The position numbers were made by a program, and so were the translations under genes. A stretch of DNA of 44,288 nt, taken from the NCBI GenBank assembly GCA_025359485.1, contig JANYGA010000291.1:1-44288 (forward strand), read 5' to 3'. Positions 1 through 14,038 of this stretch are shown here, piece by piece. This DNA comes from Rhodospirillales bacterium (GTDB taxonomy: Bacteria > Vulcanimicrobiota > Vulcanimicrobiia > Vulcanimicrobiales > Vulcanimicrobiaceae). The notes below the pieces were generated by a model. The model ran no database searches. It saw only the letters and a program-made list of their open reading frames with translations, and was not told where the DNA came from. Position 1 is the first letter of the stretch. Each line of letters begins with the position of its first letter.

Positions 1-764
1 GCCCAGGCGCGCCGTGCTCTCAAAGAGCGTGCGGTGAACTCGGTAGGCAAGCGAACGACTGTAGGCCGCGAGCGACGCGCGCACGACGACGGCTTCGAAT
101 TCGTTGAACGATCCCTCCGAAGCGAGATCGTGTCGCGCGAAAAGAATGCCGCGCGCGAGTTCGGGATCGAAGCGAGCTCCATCGGCGCGCCGCTCGATGT
201 AGCGCGAGAGATCGCTCGCCCCACCCGCCGCCTCGTATCGATGTTCGATGCCCGCGAGAGCGTCGGAGCGGAGCACGCCGGACTTGGCATCCGCGAGGCC
301 GCTATCGGTCGCTTCGGTCGCATAGATTCGCGCACGCGAAAGCAACTTCGCTTCGGCGAGCAAGATCGCAACGCAGTACGCATCGAACGCATTGCCCGCG
401 ACCCAGATCCGGAAATACGGATAGGTTCGTAAGCGCGGAAACACGTCGCTGACGAGCGTTGCATACATGCTCGTATCGCGAAAGGGCACGAACGGCGATG
501 TCGAGAGCGCGCAGACGAACGCTTCGAGCGCGGCGGCATCGTGCACGACGCGATCGAGCAGGCCCGTGATCGTGTGCGTCGCCTCTGCGCGCACGCGTTC
601 GGTGATGCGACGCTTGAGCAATGTCGGCGCGTACTCGCGGAAATCGTATCCCGAAAGCCGCACGACGCCGTCGAGTAGCAGCGCGATCTCGATATCGGCA
701 ACGGACGTGCGCGCGTCGGTCGCTTCGGGCGACGCACGGATCGGATCGGCCGAGTCGTGCACGA

Positions 765-768
<4 letters not shown>
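1..768 (-). CDS. CheR-type methyltransferase-like protein; the C-terminal end runs off the left edge of the window
   Basis: This frame is absent from the supplied ORF track because it has no stop codon inside the window. My translation of the minus strand from 768 down to 1 is uninterrupted: [171 protein letters not shown].. It is collinear with CheR landmarks: the N-terminal 'Y.F..Y....L.RRI..R' helix region, 'T.FFR', 'R.WSAxxSTGEEPYS', 'I.ATDI', 'F..HNL' and 'FD.I.CRNVLIYF'. The GTG at 766-768 overlaps the TGA (765-767) of the upstream kinase as GTGA. Confidence 0.6.
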
Positions 769-6479
<5,711 letters not shown>

Positions 6480-6488
6480 AGCGAGCGC

Positions 6489-6504
6489 CCGAGACTAGTC
6501 TCGG
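6489..6504. promoter_or_regulatory. Perfect 16-bp palindrome CCGAGACTAGTCTCGG in the divergent promoter / 5' UTR region
   Basis: The sequence equals its own reverse complement. It lies 10 nt upstream of the first ATG (6479) of the poly-HAMP kinase, inside the 206-bp divergent intergenic region 6480-6685. It could be a dimeric regulator operator or a 5' UTR hairpin. Confidence 0.3.
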
Positions 6505-6685
6505 CGTTGCGAATTGCGACGTCCATACCCTTAAAATTTCTCTGCCACATCCCTCGCGGCACGAGCGTCTTCGGCGGAGGCGTTGAAAGCGTGCGTTTAA
6601 AACCCGATGACCGAGGGTAGCCACGCTTGGGAGGGTCGCGACGTCGGCACACGCTAACATCGAACTACAACACCAGCGGCTCGCA

Positions 6686-8149
6686 TTGACGGTCCGCTTT
6701 TTCAAACTCGTGACGCGCGAACTCGCCGATACGGGCGACCTACCCGGCGCTCTGGGTCGCATTGCCGAGCAATGCGTTCCCACGCTCTTCGATTCGCTGT
6801 ATATCGAAGCACGCCAGGGAAATGGCTGGCCCGCAGTCGTCGTCGATCGGGGCACGCATGGCGCCGAGGTCGAGCACTTCGCGCTCGAGTCCGATAGCGA
6901 AGATTTCGGCACGATCGAGGCGACTCGCGCGAGCGATCGCCCCTTCGATGACATCGATCGCGAAATCGTTGCAGATCTCGCGACCCGCCTCGGACACGCG
7001 CTCGCCGTCGCACAGTCTCTCGCTCGCGAACAGCACGTCGCCCAAACGCTCCAGCGCGCGTTGCTGCCCGAAACGCTCCCACAAGGGCGGATCGCCGCGA
7101 GCGCGACGTATCTCCCCGGCTCGCACGAAGCGATCGTCGGCGGCGATTGGTACGACGTCTTCGACCTTCCCGATGGCCGAACGGCTTTTTCGATCGGCGA
7201 CGTCGCCGGGCACGGCCTCAATGCCGCGGTGATCATGGGCGAGGTCCGCCAAGCTTTCCGCGCCGCTGCCGTCAATCCAAAATCGCCGTCACTCGTCCTC
7301 GAACGCGCGAACACGATCGTGAACATGCGCGAAGATACCGCGATCGTTACCGCGATCTTCGGTATTCTCGATCGTTCGACGTCGACGGTCACCTACGCCG
7401 TCGCGGGCCATCCCGCGCCGATCCTCGCAACGCGCAACGGCGTCGCGCAAATTTTGCCCGCTCGCGGCATTCCGCTCGGCGTCGCCGACAGCGTCTTGAC
7501 GCACGATTGGACGTTCACGCTTCCGCCGGGTTCGCTCTTCACGCTTTACACCGACGGCCTGATCGAACATTCGCGCGATGTCGAAGCGGGCGAACACGAA
7601 TTACTCGATGCGATTCGCGCGGAGATCGTCTCACCGGGCGACGATCCGGCAAAGGGCATCGTCGGACGCATCTTCGCCAATCGCGAAAACGCCGACGACG
7701 TTGCCGCACTCGTCCTCTCCGTGGAGGACGACGCGCCCGAACGATTCCACTTCGATTTCTCGGCGCTTCCGCTCGCCGTGCCGCTGTTGCGGCGTTCGCT
7801 CGCGCATTTTCTCGCACAGCAGGGCGTCAACGAAAACGATCGTTACGCAATCCTCCTCGCGGTCGGTGAAGCGGCGGCCAATGCCGTCGAGCATGCCTAC
7901 CTTATCGATCCCGGGCTCGTGAGCGTCCGAGCCGAACGCGACGGCGACACGCTCGTCGTCGACGTCAACGACGGCGGTCGTTGGAAACCGGTCGAACGTC
8001 GTGACGAACGCGGCCGAGGCATCAAAATCATGCGCGCGCTCATGGACCGCATCGAGATTCGCACGATGCAGGCCGAAACCAACGTCCGGCTGACCGTCCG
8101 ATTACCGCTCGGCGCCGAGACGCCAGCCGCGCTCAAACCAAGCCGGTAA
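6686..8149 (+). CDS. GAF-like / PP2C (SpoIIE-type) serine phosphatase fused to an RsbW-like anti-sigma-factor kinase (HATPase_c_2) domain
   Basis: PP2C/SpoIIE motifs are 'GGDWYDVFDL', 'FSIGDVAGHGLNAAVIMG', 'VAGHPAPIL' and 'LYTDGLIEH'. The C-terminal GHKL-type boxes are 'VGEAAANAVEHAY', 'VDVNDGGRW' and 'ERGRGIKIMRALMD'. The ORF-track start is a TTG and is uncertain. The gene is transcribed divergently from the poly-HAMP kinase. Confidence 0.85.
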   Translation: MTVRFFKLVTRELADTGDLPGALGRIAEQCVPTLFDSLYIEARQGNGWPAVVVDRGTHGAEVEHFALESDSEDFGTIEATRASDRPFDDIDREIVADLATRLGHALAVAQSLAREQHVAQTLQRALLPETLPQGRIAASATYLPGSHEAIVGGDWYDVFDLPDGRTAFSIGDVAGHGLNAAVIMGEVRQAFRAAAVNPKSPSLVLERANTIVNMREDTAIVTAIFGILDRSTSTVTYAVAGHPAPILATRNGVAQILPARGIPLGVADSVLTHDWTFTLPPGSLFTLYTDGLIEHSRDVEAGEHELLDAIRAEIVSPGDDPAKGIVGRIFANRENADDVAALVLSVEDDAPERFHFDFSALPLAVPLLRRSLAHFLAQQGVNENDRYAILLAVGEAAANAVEHAYLIDPGLVSVRAERDGDTLVVDVNDGGRWKPVERRDERGRGIKIMRALMDRIEIRTMQAETNVRLTVRLPLGAETPAALKPSR

Positions 8150-9053
8150 ACCCGCGCGGCACCATCACGCGGAGCGCCCGCGCGTCGACGGAAAACGTCA
8201 CGGGCGTTTCGCCGAATGCTTCGCCATCGATGTCGAGATATTGTTTGGGCGACGTCGTCACGGTAATCTCCGGCGCCGAAAAATACTCCGCGTCGGCAAG
8301 CGTCGTCTGCCGATGCCGATGGAATGCGACGAACATGCGCGCGATCTCCCACCGCGAACAGCCGCTGGTCGTAAAGAGGGCGAGTTCGCCATCGACGATG
8401 GTCGCATCGGGTAAGATCGGCGTAAACCCGAAGAAGCGGCCGTTCGCGATGATGATCTGATGCGTTCGAACGCGCGCGTCGTTGTGACCCCATTTCACGT
8501 GGGCGTCGAAGGAGCTACTACGAAGTAACGGGCCGACACCGGCGACCGCATACGCGAGTGGCCCGAGCAGCTTCTTCGAGATATTCGACGTCTTGCGCGA
8601 GATCGTCGACGACAATCCGATCGTGGCGAAATTCGCGAAGTGTCGTCCGTTGACGATGCCGAGATCGACCTTCGCGACGCTGCCGTTGACGATCGCATCG
8701 ACGGCGTTCTCGAGCGTCGCCGGTGCGATGCCGAGCGTTTGCGCGAAGCTGTTCCCGGTTCCCAGGGGCAAAACGCCGAGCACGCTCTCAGAATGGGCGA
8801 ATGCGCCGACCACCGACGTCATCGATCCATCGCCACCCGCCACCAGAATGTACCTCTGACCGTCGGCAATCGCTCCCTTCACCCGCGCCATCATATCTTC
8901 GCCGCGCTCCACCGTATGTGAAGCGACGACGCGTACGCCGCGTTGTTGGAGGAGGTCGATGGCCTGGGCATACTTCGATGCGGTCTTGCGTGAGTGCAGA
9001 TTCCCGACGACGACGACGGATTTGGTTTCGGTGTCGGCGTTGGTTGCGGTCAT
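8133..9053 (-). CDS. Diacylglycerol-kinase-family lipid kinase (YegS/BmrU-like)
   Basis: Motifs 'ILVAGGDGSMTSVV' and 'LGVLPLGTGNSFAQTLG' are typical of the DAGK catalytic domain. The length (306 aa) fits. The 3' end overlaps the convergent gene 6686-8149 by 17 nt. Confidence 0.85.
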   Translation of the reverse strand: MTATNADTETKSVVVVGNLHSRKTASKYAQAIDLLQQRGVRVVASHTVERGEDMMARVKGAIADGQRYILVAGGDGSMTSVVGAFAHSESVLGVLPLGTGNSFAQTLGIAPATLENAVDAIVNGSVAKVDLGIVNGRHFANFATIGLSSTISRKTSNISKKLLGPLAYAVAGVGPLLRSSSFDAHVKWGHNDARVRTHQIIIANGRFFGFTPILPDATIVDGELALFTTSGCSRWEIARMFVAFHRHRQTTLADAEYFSAPEITVTTSPKQYLDIDGEAFGETPVTFSVDARALRVMVPRGFTGLV

Positions 9054-9101
9054 GGTCGAGATGCTACCCGCATCTGCAGGCGCGCAACCCCGCCGGCCAC
9101 G

Positions 9102-9371
9102 TTAGTTATACGATTGCCGGACCCGCGCCAGCATCATCCGATCGCTCGCGACGCGACCGTTGCTCAAAAGTACCGTAACTCCACAATCGGGATACGCGTC
9201 GCGAAAGCGCAGACGCTTCCAATCGGCGACCGTATGACGTTCGCGCGCGCGACGTTCGTACGTACGCTTATAACTCTTCATCTTTATCGGCTGGGTCGTC
9301 ATAGCCGCGATGTCGACGGCGAATCCTTCGAGTTCTTGGATTTCGGATTGAATCTTTTCGATGCTTGGCAT
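9102..9371 (-). CDS. Hypothetical small protein (89 aa)
   Basis: This is the only protein-like ORF in a locally AT-richer patch (about 9054-9459). It has a helical-looking N-terminus 'EKIQSEIQELEGF' and a basic middle 'KMKSYKRTYERRARER'. I recognise no family and see no clear Shine-Dalgarno sequence. Confidence 0.35.
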   Translation of the reverse strand: MPSIEKIQSEIQELEGFAVDIAAMTTQPIKMKSYKRTYERRARERHTVADWKRLRFRDAYPDCGVTVLLSNGRVASDRMMLARVRQSYN

Positions 9372-9459
9372 GGTGAGCGACTCATTAAGCTACCGGAACA
9401 CATCAGCCCTTTATTTTACGCGAAGTCGATGGTCATTCTGACTATTGTCTAATTAACGA

Positions 9460-10854
9460 TTAGCTGGCAAATGTGTCGGCGACGTCATCGAGCCGTTTAT
9501 CGAGTGCCGTACGAACTTCGTCGCGAAGAGCGTCGCCGGGAAAGCGCGCGATTGCGGGCTCGAAAAATGCGAGCGCCAGCATTCGCTCCGCGCGGCCGCG
9601 CGAGATGCCCCGCGTTCGTACGTAAAAGAGTTGCTCTTCGTCGAGCGAGCCGATCGTAGCGGCGTGCGCGGCTGCGATATCGTTCGTCGCAATCTCGAGC
9701 GACGGTATGGCCTCGACGTACGCATCACGCGATAACACGAGCCCATCGATGCGCAAGGCAGCGTCCGAGCGATGCGCGCCGGTGCCGATCGTGACGTCGC
9801 CGAAAATACGACCGACGCCGCGATCGATCGCGGCGGCGCGAACGATGCTCTGCGAGATGCTCCGTGCGCCGACGTGTTGCGAGGCGATACGCAGATCGAC
9901 GTTCCCGAAGCCACGTGCGAACGCGAGCTCGTTTAACTCGACGGTTGCAGCTTCGCCCGCGAGGTCGCTCGCAACCGACGAACGCACGAGCGCGCCGCCG
10001 AGCTCGGCGAGATGCCACGCGATTGTCGCACCGTTCGCGCAACGCGCCGCACGCGACACGATCATGCGCGCGCCATCGTCGATCTCTTGAACGACGACGT
10101 AATCGACGCGCGCGCCGGCCGCGATTTCGATTTCCACGGTGCCGCACACGAATGCTTCGACGTTCCCGACGTGTCGCTCGACGATCGTCGCGCGCGCGTT
10201 CGCACCGATGCGGATCACGCTCTGCGGAAAGATCGCTTGCGGCGCGCCGGGTGCACCCGTCCAGACGATTTGGATCGGTGCATCGAGCGCGACACCCGAC
10301 GGCACGTCGATATATGCGCCACAATTTTGAAACGCCGTCGCGAGTGCGATGAAGCGATCGTCTTCGATGCGAGCGATGCGACCGAGGAGATCGCGCGAGG
10401 CCCCGCTGCGCGCGGCGTCGGCGAGCGCGACGATCGTGAGCCGACCGTCGCCTCGTGCGAGTGTCGGTTGCAGATAGGTACTCCCGGCATGAACGATGCC
10501 GCCGACGTTTGCGACGGCGAGCGATGGCGCGTCGCCCGCGATGCCGATTGCGGGCATCGGGCGCGCCTCGGGTAAGGCTGCGACGCGGGTGCGACCAGAT
10601 GACCAAAAGATGTCATCGAAATCGAGATCCTCGTAATCGTGGCGAAACCGCACGTGACGCGAAGCACGCTTACGCGCGAGATCGAGATAGCTCGCGAGTC
10701 CCGCGCGTCGCTGGGCAATCGATACCGCACCGCCACCGGCAGCTCCGATGTCGTCGAGTTCGTCGATGACGAAATCGAGCATCGCAACCGTCGGCGAAAA
10801 GGGGATCGATTCCGTACGAGATGCAGCCATGTCGAAGGCTGCGCGTTGCACCAC
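9460..10854 (-). CDS. sufD: SufD-family Fe-S cluster assembly protein (SufB/SufD fold)
   Basis: The C-terminal signature 'AAHAATIGSLDEEQLFYVRTRGISRGRAERMLALAFFEPAI' is characteristic of SufB/SufD, and the SufB-type 'P.EFA.E' tail is absent. The true start is probably internal (MAASRT.. or MLDFV..). No sufB, sufC or sufS gene is adjacent. Confidence 0.7.
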   Translation of the reverse strand: MVQRAAFDMAASRTESIPFSPTVAMLDFVIDELDDIGAAGGGAVSIAQRRAGLASYLDLARKRASRHVRFRHDYEDLDFDDIFWSSGRTRVAALPEARPMPAIGIAGDAPSLAVANVGGIVHAGSTYLQPTLARGDGRLTIVALADAARSGASRDLLGRIARIEDDRFIALATAFQNCGAYIDVPSGVALDAPIQIVWTGAPGAPQAIFPQSVIRIGANARATIVERHVGNVEAFVCGTVEIEIAAGARVDYVVVQEIDDGARMIVSRAARCANGATIAWHLAELGGALVRSSVASDLAGEAATVELNELAFARGFGNVDLRIASQHVGARSISQSIVRAAAIDRGVGRIFGDVTIGTGAHRSDAALRIDGLVLSRDAYVEAIPSLEIATNDIAAAHAATIGSLDEEQLFYVRTRGISRGRAERMLALAFFEPAIARFPGDALRDEVRTALDKRLDDVADTFAS

Positions 10855-10941
10855 GCTCGCACGATCTCCCGTTTACGCAAAATTTACAGATAAATCGCGC
10901 GGAACCTCATCCATAACGTCATCACGATCGTCTTACGCGGC

Positions 10942-12390
10942 ATGCGGCCCCATGCATCGGACGACGAGCCGACGTCCTCGTACGTCGACTCGCTCGCGTA
11001 CGCCGCACCGTCGATCGCCCAGCGGCGTATCGCAACGGTCGCTGTCATCGTGGCGATCGTCACGTTCCTTGGTGCGATCCCCTTCGCGAACGTCCAACTT
11101 CCGCGCAGTACCGCCTTCTTACCATCGGTGAGCGCGCTCGCCGCTTTCGGTACGTTGCTCACCGCCTTGATCTTAGGTTCGCAGTATCGTGCGGCACGCT
11201 ATCCGCCGCTCGCCTTTCTCGCTCTTGCCTATGCGATCGAGTCGATGCTCGTGGTCGTCACCGTCATCACGTTGCCCCACCTCTTCGCGAACACGCCGGT
11301 GCTCGGATCGGGACCGCAAAGCGCCGCGTGGCTCTATCCGGCATGGCACTGCATCTATTTTGCGTGCTTGGCCGCGTATGCCGTATCGAGTAAGCGAATG
11401 CGCGGCGATGAGAAGATCGTCGCGTGGAACCGGCGTTTCGTCTTGGTCTTTTCCATCGCAAGTGCGTTCGCCGTTCTCGCAATCCTCGCCGTGACGATCT
11501 TTCGAGGCGGCGTGCTCCCACCGATCGTCCTTGCGAACGGACACTTCTCGTCGATCGCGACGCGCGTCGTCGTTCCGGCGCTTCTGCTCATGAATGCGGC
11601 ACTGCTCTTCATCTTCATCCGCGGAACGCGCCTATCGAAGATGGTCGACCTGTGGATCGTCGTAACGCTCGTCGCGCTCGCGTGCGAGACCATGCTCGCG
11701 GGCGTCTTCGGCGGTGGGCGCTACACGGTTGGCTGGTACGTCGCGCGCATCGAATGGTGTGTCGCATCGGTCGCTTTTCCGATCGCACTGGTCATGCAGA
11801 TGAGTCGGATCATCGCCGGACTCTCGACGGCGAATCGGTCGCTCGCCGTCGCATCCGATACCGACAGCCTCACCGGGCTGCACAATCGGCGCGGCTTCGA
11901 CGTTCGTTTTAAAACGCGCGTCTTCGCATCGGCTCGCGCGGGGAGACCGACGTCGCTCCTCATCATCGATGTCGATGAATTTAAGCCCTTTAACGATACG
12001 TTCGGACATCCCCGCGGCGATGTGGCGCTCCGGGCGGTCGCCAAGGTATTGCAACACGCGATCTCACCGCCGCTCGATTTCGCTTCACGGATCGGCGGCG
12101 AAGAGTTCGCGATCGTGCTTCCGAACATTAGTGCCGATGGTGCGATGGCCCGCGCCGAGCAAATTCGGAGCTCCGTCGAAGCACTCGCGATCGCGCAATA
12201 CCCCGGATGCGCGCCCGGCCGCTTGACGGTGAGCATCGGCGTTGCGTCGACACCTGGCGTGATCGGCGAGAAGCACCAGGATCTGATGACGCGTGCCGAT
12301 CACGCCCTCTACATCGCCAAGCGGTCGGGGCGGAATCGAACGCATCTCGCCGATTCGCACCCACGGGCGTTGGAAGAAACCGCGTCGTGA
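10942..12390 (+). CDS. Integral-membrane diguanylate cyclase: N-terminal multi-TM (MASE-like) sensor plus GGDEF domain
   Basis: About 280 aa are hydrophobic with about 7-8 TM segments ('GSQYRAARYPPLAFLALAY', 'QSAAWLYPAWH'). The GGDEF domain follows: 'DSLTGLHNRRGF', 'LLIIDVDEFKPFNDTFGHPRGD', active site 'RIGGEEFAIVLPN' and 'ALYIAKRSGRNR'. Confidence 0.9.
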   Translation: MRPHASDDEPTSSYVDSLAYAAPSIAQRRIATVAVIVAIVTFLGAIPFANVQLPRSTAFLPSVSALAAFGTLLTALILGSQYRAARYPPLAFLALAYAIESMLVVVTVITLPHLFANTPVLGSGPQSAAWLYPAWHCIYFACLAAYAVSSKRMRGDEKIVAWNRRFVLVFSIASAFAVLAILAVTIFRGGVLPPIVLANGHFSSIATRVVVPALLLMNAALLFIFIRGTRLSKMVDLWIVVTLVALACETMLAGVFGGGRYTVGWYVARIEWCVASVAFPIALVMQMSRIIAGLSTANRSLAVASDTDSLTGLHNRRGFDVRFKTRVFASARAGRPTSLLIIDVDEFKPFNDTFGHPRGDVALRAVAKVLQHAISPPLDFASRIGGEEFAIVLPNISADGAMARAEQIRSSVEALAIAQYPGCAPGRLTVSIGVASTPGVIGEKHQDLMTRADHALYIAKRSGRNRTHLADSHPRALEETAS

Positions 12391-12433
12391 GCAACGAGGC
12401 GAGAAGCCTTTCGGTAAAATTATGCGGAGGCTT

Positions 12434-12462
12434 TTGACAAGAACCTCATAACGGCAGCGAAT
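12434..12462 (+). promoter_or_regulatory. Candidate sigma70-type promoter for the second diguanylate cyclase gene
   Basis: A perfect TTGACA lies at 12434-12439, followed by a 17-nt spacer and a weak -10 GCGAAT at 12457-12462, about 19 nt before the ATG at 12481. An imperfect hairpin (gaagcct..aggcttt, 12403-12434) followed by T residues precedes it. The E. coli consensus may not apply to this organism. Confidence 0.2.
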
Positions 12463-12480
12463 TGGACCGTTAATCGCTAC

Positions 12481-13932
12481 ATGCGGCACCTTTCATCGAA
12501 TGATGCGCGGCCTTCGGCATATGTCGACACGTTCGCGTATGCCGCGCCGTCGACGGCCCAGCGGCGTCTCGCGACGTTCGCCGCGGGTTCGGTGCTCGGA
12601 GCGCTCGTTTGCGCCGTTCCTTTCGCAAGCATCGCTCTGCCAGTGGTGCCCGCGTTCTTACCGGTCATCAGCGCGATTGCCGTTTTCGGCGCGTTGCTGA
12701 CGGCGCTCATTCTCGGTTCGCAATATCGGGCAACGCAATACCCGCCGCTTGCGTTTTTGGCGCTCGCCTACGGTGCGCAATCCCTCATGGTCCTCGCGTA
12801 TCTCTTGGTTTTTCCCAATCTCATCCCGGGCGTGCATCTCCTAGGTTCGGGTGCGCAATCGGCAGCATGGCTATACCCCGCATGGCACTTCATGTTTTTC
12901 GCCTGTCTCGGAGCCTATGCCATCTCGAGTGCGAAGATGCGCTTTGACGATTCGCACGTCGCACGCAATCGCCGGATCGTCGCGCTTATCGGCGCTTCGA
13001 CGGCAGTCGCCGTCGCCGTGATTCTCTTCGCTTTGGTGCGTTGGAGCGACGCGCTTCCCATCATCGTCCTCGCGAGCGGGCAATTCACATTTTCCACGAC
13101 GCATTTCCTCGAACCGGCCCTGCTCTTCGTCAACGCCGGGCTTCTCATCGTCCTCGTTCGCGGGACGAAATTGCGCAAAGTCGTCGACATCTGGATCGCC
13201 GTCACACTCGTAGCCTTCTTTTGCGATATACTTCTGGCAGGCGTCCTCGGCGTCGGGCGCTTTACCGTGGGCTGGTATTCAGCGCGCTTCGAATGGTGCT
13301 TCGCGTCGATCGCCTTTCCGATCGCGCTCGTCACTCAGATGAGTAAGATCATCGCCGGCCTCTCGACAGCGAATCGCTCGCTCGAGGTCGTCTCCGATAC
13401 AGATTCGCTGACGTCACTGCACAATCGGCGCAGCTTCGACGCCCGCTTTCAGAAAGAGATTCTTCTCTCCACGCGTGAGGGAAAGCCGATCTCGCTCCTC
13501 ATCATCGACGTCGATGAATTCAAACTCTTTAACGACACGTTCGGCCACCCCGAAGGCGACACGGCGCTCAAAGCCGTCGCCGGCGTCTTCGGGCGCGCGA
13601 TCTCACCACCGCGCGATTTCGCAGCGCGCATCGGCGGTGAAGAATTTGCAATCGTTCTCCCCAACACGAGTATCGAGGGAGCGTTCACCTTCGCCGAATT
13701 CGTCCGCGAAAACGTCGCCGCGCTCGCAATCAAACAACATCCCGAATCTGTCGCTGGTCGCATGACGGTCAGCATCGGCGTCGCGTCATCGCAGGCGCCG
13801 GGCTCAGGAAAATACGCCGATCTGATGGCTCGTGCCGACAAGGCCCTCTACTCCGCCAAACGTGCGGGGCGTAATCGCACGCATTTGGCGGGCTCCGATC
13901 GTCCGCGAGCGCTCGAAGGAACCGCTTCATGA
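12481..13932 (+). CDS. Integral-membrane diguanylate cyclase, a tandem paralogue of 10942-12390
   Basis: It is collinear with the upstream gene over its full length. Shared strings are 'YAAPS.AQRR', 'GSQYRA.QYPPLAFLALAY', 'QSAAWLYPAWH', 'LSTANRSL', 'LLIIDVDEFK.FNDTFGHP.GD', 'RIGGEEFAIVLPN' and 'GRNRTHLA'. Confidence 0.9.
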   Translation: MRHLSSNDARPSAYVDTFAYAAPSTAQRRLATFAAGSVLGALVCAVPFASIALPVVPAFLPVISAIAVFGALLTALILGSQYRATQYPPLAFLALAYGAQSLMVLAYLLVFPNLIPGVHLLGSGAQSAAWLYPAWHFMFFACLGAYAISSAKMRFDDSHVARNRRIVALIGASTAVAVAVILFALVRWSDALPIIVLASGQFTFSTTHFLEPALLFVNAGLLIVLVRGTKLRKVVDIWIAVTLVAFFCDILLAGVLGVGRFTVGWYSARFEWCFASIAFPIALVTQMSKIIAGLSTANRSLEVVSDTDSLTSLHNRRSFDARFQKEILLSTREGKPISLLIIDVDEFKLFNDTFGHPEGDTALKAVAGVFGRAISPPRDFAARIGGEEFAIVLPNTSIEGAFTFAEFVRENVAALAIKQHPESVAGRMTVSIGVASSQAPGSGKYADLMARADKALYSAKRAGRNRTHLAGSDRPRALEGTAS

Positions 13933-14038
13933 TCGCTGCGATCGAGCCGCTCGGCCACGTCGCCCCGTCGAAAGCCGCTCCCTCGCACGCTAGCGCGCAC
14001 CGGAGCGATTCGAACCGGCGCCGAATGGGCGAGGCCAC

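Noticed and set aside
10855-10941. AT-rich stretch 'tttacgcaaaatttacagataaatcgc' upstream of the first diguanylate cyclase gene, considered as a promoter.
   Set aside because: I could not place a convincing -35/-10 pair with proper spacing, so it is not reported as a feature.
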